DNA of 64,000 nucleotides from a virus: IMG/VR virus record IMGVR_UViG_3300042399_001709, positions 1 to 64,000 of that record; one strand, 5' to 3'. Shown piece by piece: positions 57,108 to 64,000 of this stretch (position 1 is its first letter; each line of letters starts with the position of its first letter). The notes under the pieces were generated by a model. It saw only the letters and a program-made list of their open reading frames with translations, ran no database searches and was not told where the DNA came from. The position numbers and the translations under genes were made by a program.

Positions 57108-57926
57108 TTACTTTTCTCCTTCAAGCGCGTGTAGCGCAGCTAGATCGTACTTCAGCGCAAGTGAGGCGCTGTGCCGAGTATGGCCATCAACCTTGACCCA
57201 CACTTCTCCACCGATTGCTCGGAACTCATCGCAGAAGTTGTAATCCTCTCCGATAAAATAATTTTCCCTCCGACCGTAGCGAAAATACTCAACAGTTCTT
57301 ATCTGCTTTTCATCCATTAGCTCAATATACCATCGGTCCGGATAGGCCTTCTGGAAGCGTTCGAAGGCGCTTCTCTGGACAATCATACACCCCGTTCCGG
57401 CATGTGTGGCACGCATTAAGCCAAGAGCTGCTTCTTGCTCGTTGGGCGCCGGTGCCGAATTGTCTAAGACAAAGTTTGGCCTACCAAGCACGGCCTCAAT
57501 GGCCTCCGCTGGAACCTCAGGGCGCTTTCTCACAAGATCTACTGCCCGGTCCCAACGAATTTGCCGCTTGATGCACGGCAATGCAACAATTTCTTTTCCT
57601 GCCGCAATGGCATACATCACGTCTTCCCAGTCAACCGTGATGTCGGCGTCAAGCATGAGGATGTGTGTTGCTGTGGACTCTTGCATGAACTTGGCAACGC
57701 ATCGGTTTCGCGCTACCGGGAGCATTGAGCTGCCAACAACAAAACTCCAATGAAAATCAATCCCTACTTGGAGACACGCCCGTTGGATGCTCAACAGCGA
57801 ATGCGTATAGCCGTGGTCCACCTTACCGTCGATGATCGGCGTAATGGCAATCAGTGAAATTTTCTCCGGCTGGGGGGCCGTAGTTTTCACAAAGCTTGCC
57901 GCTCGACGCTGCTTTTTCTTGCTCAT
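57108..57926 (-). CDS. Putative glycosyltransferase (GT-A), paralog B
   Basis: ARNRCV..F...THILMLDADI, GTGCMI, GEDYNFC; AAGGAG RBS before the ATG at 57926. Confidence 0.78.
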   Translation of the reverse strand: MSKKKQRRAASFVKTTAPQPEKISLIAITPIIDGKVDHGYTHSLLSIQRACLQVGIDFHWSFVVGSSMLPVARNRCVAKFMQESTATHILMLDADITVDWEDVMYAIAAGKEIVALPCIKRQIRWDRAVDLVRKRPEVPAEAIEAVLGRPNFVLDNSAPAPNEQEAALGLMRATHAGTGCMIVQRSAFERFQKAYPDRWYIELMDEKQIRTVEYFRYGRRENYFIGEDYNFCDEFRAIGGEVWVKVDGHTRHSASLALKYDLAALHALEGEK

Positions 57927-58085
57927 GGGTTCTCCTTCGTGGATGGAAGATACCACACTTTTTGCCCGTTTGGTGACGATTTTGGGGAAGGGGGGGAGAA
58001 CCTTTAAGGAGAGGGGGGGATGGGGCTCCAGAGATCCGGGGGTCTGGGCTAATACTTCTTTTGTAGTTAGAACACAGAATTGAAC

Positions 58086-58114
58086 TTGACGGGAGTATCC
58101 GGGGGGCGTATGAT
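58086..58114 (+). promoter_or_regulatory. Near-consensus sigma70 promoter
   Basis: TTGACG-17 nt-TATGAT. Confidence 0.75.
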
Positions 58115-58180
58115 CGCAATCCTTCCTGGGGGGGATGGGGCGACGGAGTGACGGGGCGACGGGCTGATACCGGAGGTCGA

Positions 58181-58540
58181 TTGACTGGAAAAGATTTACA
58201 GCTGGTGAACGAGAAGGCAGAGTGCTTGCATTCGGCGGCAATCATTCTTGGGCCAGAGGGAACCAAGGCATACGGATTACCAACAGATGTTGAAAAGTGC
58301 CTAGATTGTGGATGGCGGGCATTTGAGCAAGCTTGTGGTAAGCGGGTCGAGCTTCCAGCGGTGCAGATTGTTTGGTGGGAGAAGACCGAGAAGCGCGAAG
58401 CACATTGGATTGTTGAATGCTTTCCTGGAGATCTTGTCCCAGACGAAGCCAGCATCATTGGTCGCGGAGAAAATCCGGGCGAGGCAATGCACAACTTGGC
58501 TAAGGAGATTACTTCTTGTCTGAGGGGTCAGCGCCAATAA
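58181..58540 (+). CDS. Protein with C-terminal HicB-like (partial RNase H fold) region
   Basis: GGAGG RBS before TTG; WIVECFPGDLVPDEASIIGRGENPGEAMHNLAKEI resembles the HicB Y.V..PDL.GC...G.T.EEA..N..EAI pattern. Confidence 0.55.
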   Translation: MTGKDLQLVNEKAECLHSAAIILGPEGTKAYGLPTDVEKCLDCGWRAFEQACGKRVELPAVQIVWWEKTEKREAHWIVECFPGDLVPDEASIIGRGENPGEAMHNLAKEITSCLRGQRQ

Positions 58541-58733
58541 CGAGGTGGGTTTCTTGCGGAATTTTTTCCTGCCAGGCCCAACCAGATCCCTTGTAGGTAA
58601 TCTTCGGGGTGTTGAATACAACGCTCATCTCGCCGTTGCACACAAGGCATAGCTCCTTAGAGTCGTCGCTCATCTTGCGCACGGTCTCACGGACGATGTC
58701 GCACTTCTTGCACTTGTAGTCGTAAGCTGGCAT
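58509..58733 (-). CDS. FmdB-family zinc-ribbon protein
   Basis: MPAYDYKCKKC...CLVC...FNTPKITYKGSGW. Confidence 0.88.
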   Translation of the reverse strand: MPAYDYKCKKCDIVRETVRKMSDDSKELCLVCNGEMSVVFNTPKITYKGSGWAWQEKIPQETHLVIGADPSDKK

Positions 58734-58744
58734 TCCTTCTCCTT

Positions 58745-58816
58745 TGGTGGAGCCGGGCGGGAGTTACACCCGCCGTTACCCTCAGGCATGATGACCTTTG
58801 GCGTTTACTCGGCCCC
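58745..58816 (-). ncRNA. 72-nt tRNA-Ala/tmRNA TLD-like RNA ending in CCA
   Basis: GGGGCCG/CGGCTCC acceptor stem with G3-U70, A discriminator and CCA; T-arm GGCGGG-TGTAACT-CCCGCC; no D stem or canonical anticodon arm; own promoter. Confidence 0.75.
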
Positions 58817-58821
58817 AGGGG

Positions 58822-58850
58822 ACTATAACACGCTATAGCCCGAGCGTCAC
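58822..58850 (-). promoter_or_regulatory. Promoter of the tRNA-like RNA/FmdB unit
   Basis: GTGACG-17 nt-TATAGT with TG extension, ending 5 nt before G1 of the RNA. Confidence 0.7.
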
Positions 58851-59204
58851 CTCTCCAGGCATTGCGTTGTCGCGGCGAGCCTGATCTTCTTGGACCTTCC
58901 ACTTCTTGGCAATCTTTCGGACAGCCCAAGAAGATCGAAGAAGGCTTCGGGCGCGCTCTCGTTGCATGTTCGACCACGCCTCAAGCTCCTCAGAGCTGGT
59001 GGCGAGGTAGATCCCGGCCGGGGCGTCGGATGCCGAACAAATCGGCTGCTCCCAAACATTCCGCAACTCTTCAACCGCCAGCTGGATTGCCCGGCTGTTC
59101 CACCGGGTGCGCTGGGAAAGGTCTTTATACGTAATGGCGTTCTTGCGGCCCACGCTAATCTGGGAAAGAATAAATACAAGCTCTGGGCCCATCTTGGTTT
59201 CCAT
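58833..59204 (-). CDS. Winged-HTH DNA-binding protein
   Basis: GRKNAITYKDLS...SRAIQLAVEELR...PICS.....GIYLATS.EE; AGGAGG RBS. Confidence 0.75.
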   Translation of the reverse strand: METKMGPELVFILSQISVGRKNAITYKDLSQRTRWNSRAIQLAVEELRNVWEQPICSASDAPAGIYLATSSEELEAWSNMQRERARSLLRSSWAVRKIAKKWKVQEDQARRDNAMPGEVTLGL

Positions 59205-59272
59205 GCTAATCCTCCTTACTGGGTGATGCTCTTCAACTACACAATACTACGCTCATCCTAGCAAGGCGTCAA

Positions 59273-59971
59273 CTAGGGGATAAAGCGAACCTCAATGGTG
59301 TTCTTAAATCCTGGGGTTGTGTTGGCGTACGGCCATCCAGGAATCTTCTCGTTCTTGTACGCCCCCAGGGCCGCCCACACTTGTGGGCTCAGGTCGATCA
59401 GGCTGTCGTCTCGCGTGCCTTGCTTCCTGTCTGCACCGTGGCAGGCGCAATAGTCGGCGATCCAGACCTCAACGGACTTACCTGTGTGCGTTGAGACGAT
59501 AAGTAATTTTTGGGTAGGGATTGTGTGCCACGATGGAATATTGAGGTGCTCGCGCAATCGCGGACCAAGCGCGGCGTACATGTTCTTCAAGGTAGTCTTC
59601 CATGGGCGCACGTTTGCATACCAGCCACCCATGTTGCGGCGATAGCACTTCCACTCTGGGCGGGCAGCGCACTCTTTCTTGTTTGCATACACCCACGTCT
59701 TTGGGGAGTCGTACCAAGAGCGAGCATGCTGGTAGGCGTCATAGCGAGTCCCGAAGCCGTTTACCCGGATAGCATTGTCCCACTTCTGGTCCCAGCTTTG
59801 AGGTCTGCTGGTGGGAACGGCTGGCTGGTCGGCAAAAACCTCTCTCGGTGGCTCCTGGACGGGTTCTGGCGGATTCCAGAAGCCCATTGGGAAGAGGAGG
59901 CCCGTAGCCACGGCCAACGCAACGAGCACTGTCCAAAATCGTCGGTGAGCCCTGTGTGCCGGTAGCTTCAT
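59273..59971 (-). CDS. Membrane-anchored RlpA/expansin-like double-psi beta-barrel protein
   Basis: N-terminal TM helix; YAAL...GKSVEVWIADYC.C...IDLSPQVWAALG. Confidence 0.72.
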   Translation of the reverse strand: MKLPAHRAHRRFWTVLVALAVATGLLFPMGFWNPPEPVQEPPREVFADQPAVPTSRPQSWDQKWDNAIRVNGFGTRYDAYQHARSWYDSPKTWVYANKKECAARPEWKCYRRNMGGWYANVRPWKTTLKNMYAALGPRLREHLNIPSWHTIPTQKLLIVSTHTGKSVEVWIADYCACHGADRKQGTRDDSLIDLSPQVWAALGAYKNEKIPGWPYANTTPGFKNTIEVRFIP

Positions 59972-60140
59972 AGGTACCTCCCTTCGACAAGCCTAGCACC
60001 CTTCCGGGCTCTTGTCTAGATGATACCAGACTTCATTAGTATTTTTGTTACATAGAAAACAGCGCCCCGTTGTTTGGCGCGAGTTCCTCAGGTAGGATGC
60101 AAACGCGGCACTTGCCAGCAAAAATCACCCTGGAGGAAGC

Positions 60141-60596
60141 ATGGAAATCAGCATTGAACCGGTAGATAAGCTCGCGCTTCACCCGGAGAACGCTCGAGAG
60201 GGTGATATTGGGGCTATTGTTACCAGTATTAAGAAGAATGGGTGGTTCGGCACCATTGTGGCCCAGACTTCTACCGGGTACGTGCTTGTTGGCAATCACC
60301 GGCTCCAGGCCGCTCGCATCTGCGGCATCAAGGAAGTTCCGGTGTTCTGGGTTGACTGCGATAACGAGCGGGCAAAAGCAATTTTGCTTGCGGACAATAA
60401 AACCTCTGAGCTTGCGAGCTGGAATGACCATGCGCTTCTTGAGCTGCTCCAAGAGGCAGACGCTAACGACTACCTTCTTGACACTGCATTTGACCAGGAT
60501 GATATCCAAAAGCTCCTAGCAAAACTAAACGGCTCGGAGTCTGACGATGGGGAAGTTTGTCCAACGTGCGGTTCAAAGCGCAAAAAGGGCCGATAA
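60141..60596 (+). CDS. ParB/Srx-like N-terminal domain protein
   Basis: L..HPENAREGDIGAIVTSIKKNGW...LVGNHRLQAA...LADNK. Confidence 0.88.
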   Translation: MEISIEPVDKLALHPENAREGDIGAIVTSIKKNGWFGTIVAQTSTGYVLVGNHRLQAARICGIKEVPVFWVDCDNERAKAILLADNKTSELASWNDHALLELLQEADANDYLLDTAFDQDDIQKLLAKLNGSESDDGEVCPTCGSKRKKGR

Positions 60597-61034
60597 ATGA
60601 AGTGGTACGCCGATCTTCCTTTTGAGCTCGTTGTCCCGGTCACTATGCCGAAGTCAGAGCTACCCAAGTGGAGAGAGGCCATTGAGGTCATTGCAGATTC
60701 CTGCAAGACATTTAAGTCAGGCGTGCAGCTGGTTCGATTGCACCATCACGAAAGAGAACGCAAAACATACGGGTATCATCACCCTATGGGCATATCTATC
60801 TCCGAAGAACACGAGATTATTCTTTGCGCCAAAGACATTGACACGGCCATCCACGAGGCGGCCCACGTAAAGTCCAATGAGAACCACACGCCAAAATGGG
60901 CAAGGATCTATGTGAAGATGGCTCGGCACTACATGACGGATGAGTTTTTACGCACGTCTATGAAGAACGCTTGCAAACATTATCGGCCAGTCCGGCCACT
61001 TGTTCGCAAGCTCGGGATCTTAGCGCAAGGCTGA
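60597..61034 (+). CDS. SprT-like zinc metalloprotease
   Basis: TAIHEAAH...NHTPKW. Confidence 0.75.
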   Translation: MKWYADLPFELVVPVTMPKSELPKWREAIEVIADSCKTFKSGVQLVRLHHHERERKTYGYHHPMGISISEEHEIILCAKDIDTAIHEAAHVKSNENHTPKWARIYVKMARHYMTDEFLRTSMKNACKHYRPVRPLVRKLGILAQG

Positions 61035-61168
61035 GATAATCGCCTCAATGCATTGATAGCAGATCGCGTGTTCTTTTCCCCGAACTGGCTCCCCGTATTC
61101 CCACACACGTGAGACCGTTCCGCAGTGATTGCAAATGCCAAGTGGACCGGTGCCGCGCAGCACTCGAG

Positions 61169-61594
61169 CTACCACGGGGTGGCCTCAGCTGCAAACTCGG
61201 GGCTGGCAGACTCGTCATACTGCCACGGGAACGTCTCTGCGCCGATAACGTATCGTCCGCAGCAAGGCGTTTGGACGCACTGCTCAAACGCGAGCTCAGA
61301 CGCCGTCTCTGACAAGCGGATAATCCAAAAGCTCTTCTCGTGGACGTCCTCAACGATCAAAGTCCCGTTAGGCCAGAAGGTCATTGCCTGCTTGGCTAGC
61401 CACGCGCCGATCCTTCGAACAGCAACGTCGCTAAACGAGCAGACGCGGAAACCGTCAGAGTCCGGCTCACGAAGCTCACGGGCGTAAAAGATTGGAGCCT
61501 TTGCATGTAGGGTTACAAATGCCGCCTGGCTCGTCTCTGGGTCGCAAAAGTCGCAGACAATCTGCTGCTCTGGAATATTAATATCGTCAGTCAT
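61169..61594 (-). CDS. Hypothetical protein
   Basis: AAGGAG RBS; CDFC. Confidence 0.55.
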   Translation of the reverse strand: MTDDINIPEQQIVCDFCDPETSQAAFVTLHAKAPIFYARELREPDSDGFRVCSFSDVAVRRIGAWLAKQAMTFWPNGTLIVEDVHEKSFWIIRLSETASELAFEQCVQTPCCGRYVIGAETFPWQYDESASPEFAAEATPW

Positions 61595-61880
61595 TCTTGC
61601 TCCTTGCATCATCGAGTCCGGCAATGTATGCCCAGATCAGGTTGTAAAACTCGCGCTTGCTCGTTGTCTGAAGCTTTAACACAGACCGGTGACCACCACG
61701 GTCATTGGTTGTGCAGACCAACTTTAAGCCCGCATCGTACCAAGAGTGGTAGAAACCAACCTTTGATACCTGCTTGCCGTCGATGTTTTCCCAGAGCTTT
61801 GTGCCCGGCGGGAACCCTGCCCGGCGGTTCAGGGCGTCAATGGCGTCCTGAATATCCTTCTTGGTAAAGGTATAGCTCAC
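61587..61880 (-). CDS. Hypothetical protein
   Basis: GTGA overlap; lies in the small-gene cluster. Confidence 0.6.
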   Translation of the reverse strand: MSYTFTKKDIQDAIDALNRRAGFPPGTKLWENIDGKQVSKVGFYHSWYDAGLKLVCTTNDRGGHRSVLKLQTTSKREFYNLIWAYIAGLDDARSKND

Positions 61881-62005
61881 TTCTTCCCCTTCTTGGCAAA
61901 GGCCGTTCGGGCCTCAGGGCTCTGTGATCGCAAAAACCGGCGGTACTGCGAAATGCCGGTGACGACCATGGCCAGTACGAAAATACCCAAATAGATCAAA
62001 CCCAT
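61877..62005 (-). CDS. Small membrane protein (42 aa)
   Basis: AAGGAG RBS; MGLIYLGIFVLAMVVTG. Confidence 0.5.
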   Translation of the reverse strand: MGLIYLGIFVLAMVVTGISQYRRFLRSQSPEARTAFAKKGKK

Positions 62006-62096
62006 AACAACTCCTTGCTAACGCAATCCAACGGCTGAAACCAGCAACCAGATTAACCCACCGACCAAAGCGGTGATAGTCAGATCATACACCCTC

Positions 62097-62306
62097 TCAC
62101 TCATCGTCGCATCCTCCGGCGCACCAGTCGCTGCCGCACCCGGGGCATAGCCCCTGCTCACGCGCAGACTGCTGCAGCTCGTAGACGTTTACCTTTACTT
62201 CGTCAAGGAATGCATTACAGCAACTACAGGCAGAGTACACGGTCGCCCCGGCGCTATCTTCGCAGTCAACGTGAATGTGGCCCTCGATGTGGTTGCTATG
62301 CGCCAT
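62097..62306 (-). CDS. Small Cys-rich protein
   Basis: CSCC, CPGC, WCAGGC. Confidence 0.5.
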   Translation of the reverse strand: MAHSNHIEGHIHVDCEDSAGATVYSACSCCNAFLDEVKVNVYELQQSAREQGLCPGCGSDWCAGGCDDE

Positions 62307-62634
62307 GAATTTCCGCCGCAAAGATCTTTACCTTCAGCCGTGCCGCCCTGGCAACAACATATCCGGTCGCTCGTTCTGCGGTATCGTGAAGCTCAATCAC
62401 ATCATTCTGCAGCAGGAACGCAACAAACGGCTCGTTTTCGCTCCAGTGCTTCAGCCAAAACCATCCAGCCGGGGGGCTTTCATCCAGCTCGGCACTTAAC
62501 CGGCAATACGGCTCATGTGTTTGAGCAACCTCTCCAGAGCACTTGCTGGCCCACTGGTGCAGCCGGATCATATCGCCATTGTACTCAACGGTTCGAAAGA
62601 TTTCCGGAGGAAGCTCAGAAAGCCTGTCTAGCAT
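62296..62634 (-). CDS. Hypothetical protein
   Basis: PYCRLS...FWLKHWSENE...LLQN.VIE; lies in the small-gene cluster. Confidence 0.6.
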   Translation of the reverse strand: MLDRLSELPPEIFRTVEYNGDMIRLHQWASKCSGEVAQTHEPYCRLSAELDESPPAGWFWLKHWSENEPFVAFLLQNDVIELHDTAERATGYVVARAARLKVKIFAAEIHGA

Positions 62635-62924
62635 TCCAATCACCCTAGATTCCCTCGTGTTCACAGCAATTCCCCTCAGAGCAGCCAACGCATGCGCACA
62701 CATCGCATGGAGCAAATGCCGGGGGCTCAATCCGTACGGGCTCTTCAATAAAGGCCAGGCTCATAACTCGTCGCCACTCGTGGTGGTCTGAGTTAAAGCA
62801 GTTGAACCCGTCTGAGTTTCCGCACTCACACATGGCGCTACTGCTAAACCAAAGCGCTTCTCCCGGCCCAAGAAGGCCGACGCGGTACTGGTACCAAGCT
62901 GCCTCTAGGCTAAGAGTAGAGATG

Positions 62925-63140
62925 CTATCCCTTTTTGCCACGCTTTTCCTCCCAGTTTTTGTTAAACCCCTCACGGAAGAAATGATCTGCCGTGTGATCA
63001 ACCATTGCTACAATACCAAAGATTTGGAAAACTGCTGCCACTAGCCAGCCAAACCAATATTCGTGCGTGATTGCGTGCCAGAATATTACATTCCCGAAGA
63101 TAACAAATACAAACCATTGGGCAAGGCCTGCTGCAAACAT
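62925..63140 (-). CDS. Small two-helix membrane protein
   Basis: Hydrophobic segments. Confidence 0.5.
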   Translation of the reverse strand: MFAAGLAQWFVFVIFGNVIFWHAITHEYWFGWLVAAVFQIFGIVAMVDHTADHFFREGFNKNWEEKRGKKG

Positions 63141-63141
63141 C

Positions 63142-63300
63142 TTATCCCCGCCGAGTGTCGGCATAGAGGGTTGCAATGCCAAACAGGAAAAACAAACCGG
63201 CGATAACAATGTTGATCGGCTCCTTAGAGAGAACGCCGCTAATCATGAGAAGGGCGCCCCCTCCAACAATTACCAAGTCCTGCATGATGTTGTACTTCAT
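63142..63300 (-). CDS. Small membrane protein (52 aa)
   Basis: ATGA overlap with the upstream gene; hydrophobic. Confidence 0.5.
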   Translation of the reverse strand: MKYNIMQDLVIVGGGALLMISGVLSKEPINIVIAGLFFLFGIATLYADTRRG

Positions 63301-63623
63301 TCTTGTCCAGCCTCCTCGATATAATGTTTTGCAATCTCATACCACTCAACCTTTGGCAAGTAGCTATGGTAGATGGCATCCGCCACAGGCCCCTTGATGT
63401 CATCCTTGTTGAGGTGACCAAGATACACCTCTTCGGCAAAGTCGCGCAACCAGCTTGCCAACGATGACGTTGCTTCGTGCACATTGACCACTTCATCGTC
63501 GGTAAAGTCAGCAATTTCTTCCCGGGCCTGAAGCAAGATGTGCTCTCCGTCGTGGTCTTCACCAATCCAGAGCGCCATGTTCCAAGTTTCCCAGTTAGCC
63601 CAACCGTTGTATTCGCTACACAT
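63297..63623 (-). CDS. Phage hypothetical protein
   Basis: YNGWANWETWNMALW...VEWYEIA motif. Confidence 0.7.
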   Translation of the reverse strand: MCSEYNGWANWETWNMALWIGEDHDGEHILLQAREEIADFTDDEVVNVHEATSSLASWLRDFAEEVYLGHLNKDDIKGPVADAIYHSYLPKVEWYEIAKHYIEEAGQE

Positions 63624-63806
63624 CGTATCCCTACTTTTCTGCGAGCCAGCAAAGCTCGCAATCCTTGGTGCCCGGAAGATAAAAGTCTTCACACCTATGC
63701 TCTTGCACCGCATTGTTAAAACAATCGTTGCAGTGCCAGGCAAATGACTCACTACTAAACACTTTCGGGTCATGTTGGTAGCAAGGGTTAAAAACTACTT
63801 CTACCA

Positions 63807-63998
63807 TTATACCTTTACGCGCTGCCGGGCAATGTACGCCGCCTGGCGCTTGTTTGATGTCGGGTCAACCTGATACCGATGCCATTCCAGCACAGCAACG
63901 CCCCCAATCTCGTCTAGGCCCAGCAGCCCCTTCGCCACGAGCCCGTCAATCGCCTTGCTGTAGCGACTGCCAATGCACGCCTTGAGGTGGTTCCGGCT
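63807..63998 (-). CDS. 3' part of a replisome-organizer-like protein (runs off the window edge)
   Basis: IDGLVAKGLL...VAVLEWHRYQVDPTSNKRQAAYIARQR-stop. Confidence 0.45.
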   Translation of the reverse strand, partial: SRNHLKACIGSRYSKAIDGLVAKGLLGLDEIGGVAVLEWHRYQVDPTSNKRQAAYIARQRVKV

Positions 63999-64000
63999 CT

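Noticed and set aside
57927-58241. N-terminal extension of the 377-aa ORF in the track
   Set aside because: An RBS and extended -10 point to the ATG at 57926; the extension crosses the G-rich promoter region.
58745-58816. Ordinary tRNA-Met (CAT) or tRNA-Ala (TGC)
   Set aside because: Neither triplet can be placed in a 7-nt loop closed by a 5-bp stem, and there is no D stem, so it is reported as a TLD-like RNA instead.
1-64000. CRISPR array, retron/DGR, integrase or transposase
   Set aside because: I saw no spaced direct repeats and no reverse transcriptase, recombinase or transposase motifs. The IstB-like ATPase has no IstA partner and sits in a replication operon.

Overview
The whole 64 kb window is part of a tailed dsDNA phage genome (siphovirus-like). 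It has no host housekeeping genes, rRNA or CRISPR array, and no integrase or DNA polymerase within the window. From left to right: a minus-strand recombination/replication operon (SSB, RusA, DnaC-like loader, PD-(D/E)XK nuclease, Sak/Rad52-like annealing protein, XRE HTH, HNH); a C5 cytosine methyltransferase; a minus-strand portal fusion; and a plus-strand head-neck-tail operon (protease/scaffold, major capsid, neck, two paralogous tail tube genes, a -1 frameshifted chaperone, a 4464-aa tape measure protein, two large tail proteins, a C39-like lysin and a holin). Next come a second, minus-strand fibre/surface module, an isolated terminase pair, a subtilase, a sugar epimerase/glycosyltransferase cluster and many small genes. 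Most notable: (1) the tape measure protein appears polyvalent, carrying HicA-like RNase, ddrB-ParB-like, two zincin peptidase and a probable ADP-ribosyltransferase domain, and a distant HicB-like gene sits under a near-consensus sigma70 promoter; (2) a 72-nt RNA with its own promoter resembles a tmRNA tRNA-like domain without the mRNA part; (3) the methyltransferase looks like a two-polypeptide enzyme whose motif-IX subunit is nested out of frame, as in M.EcoHK31I; (4) the portal is fused to a HAD phosphatase domain and lies away from the terminase. All domain calls come from motif recognition by eye, not database searches.
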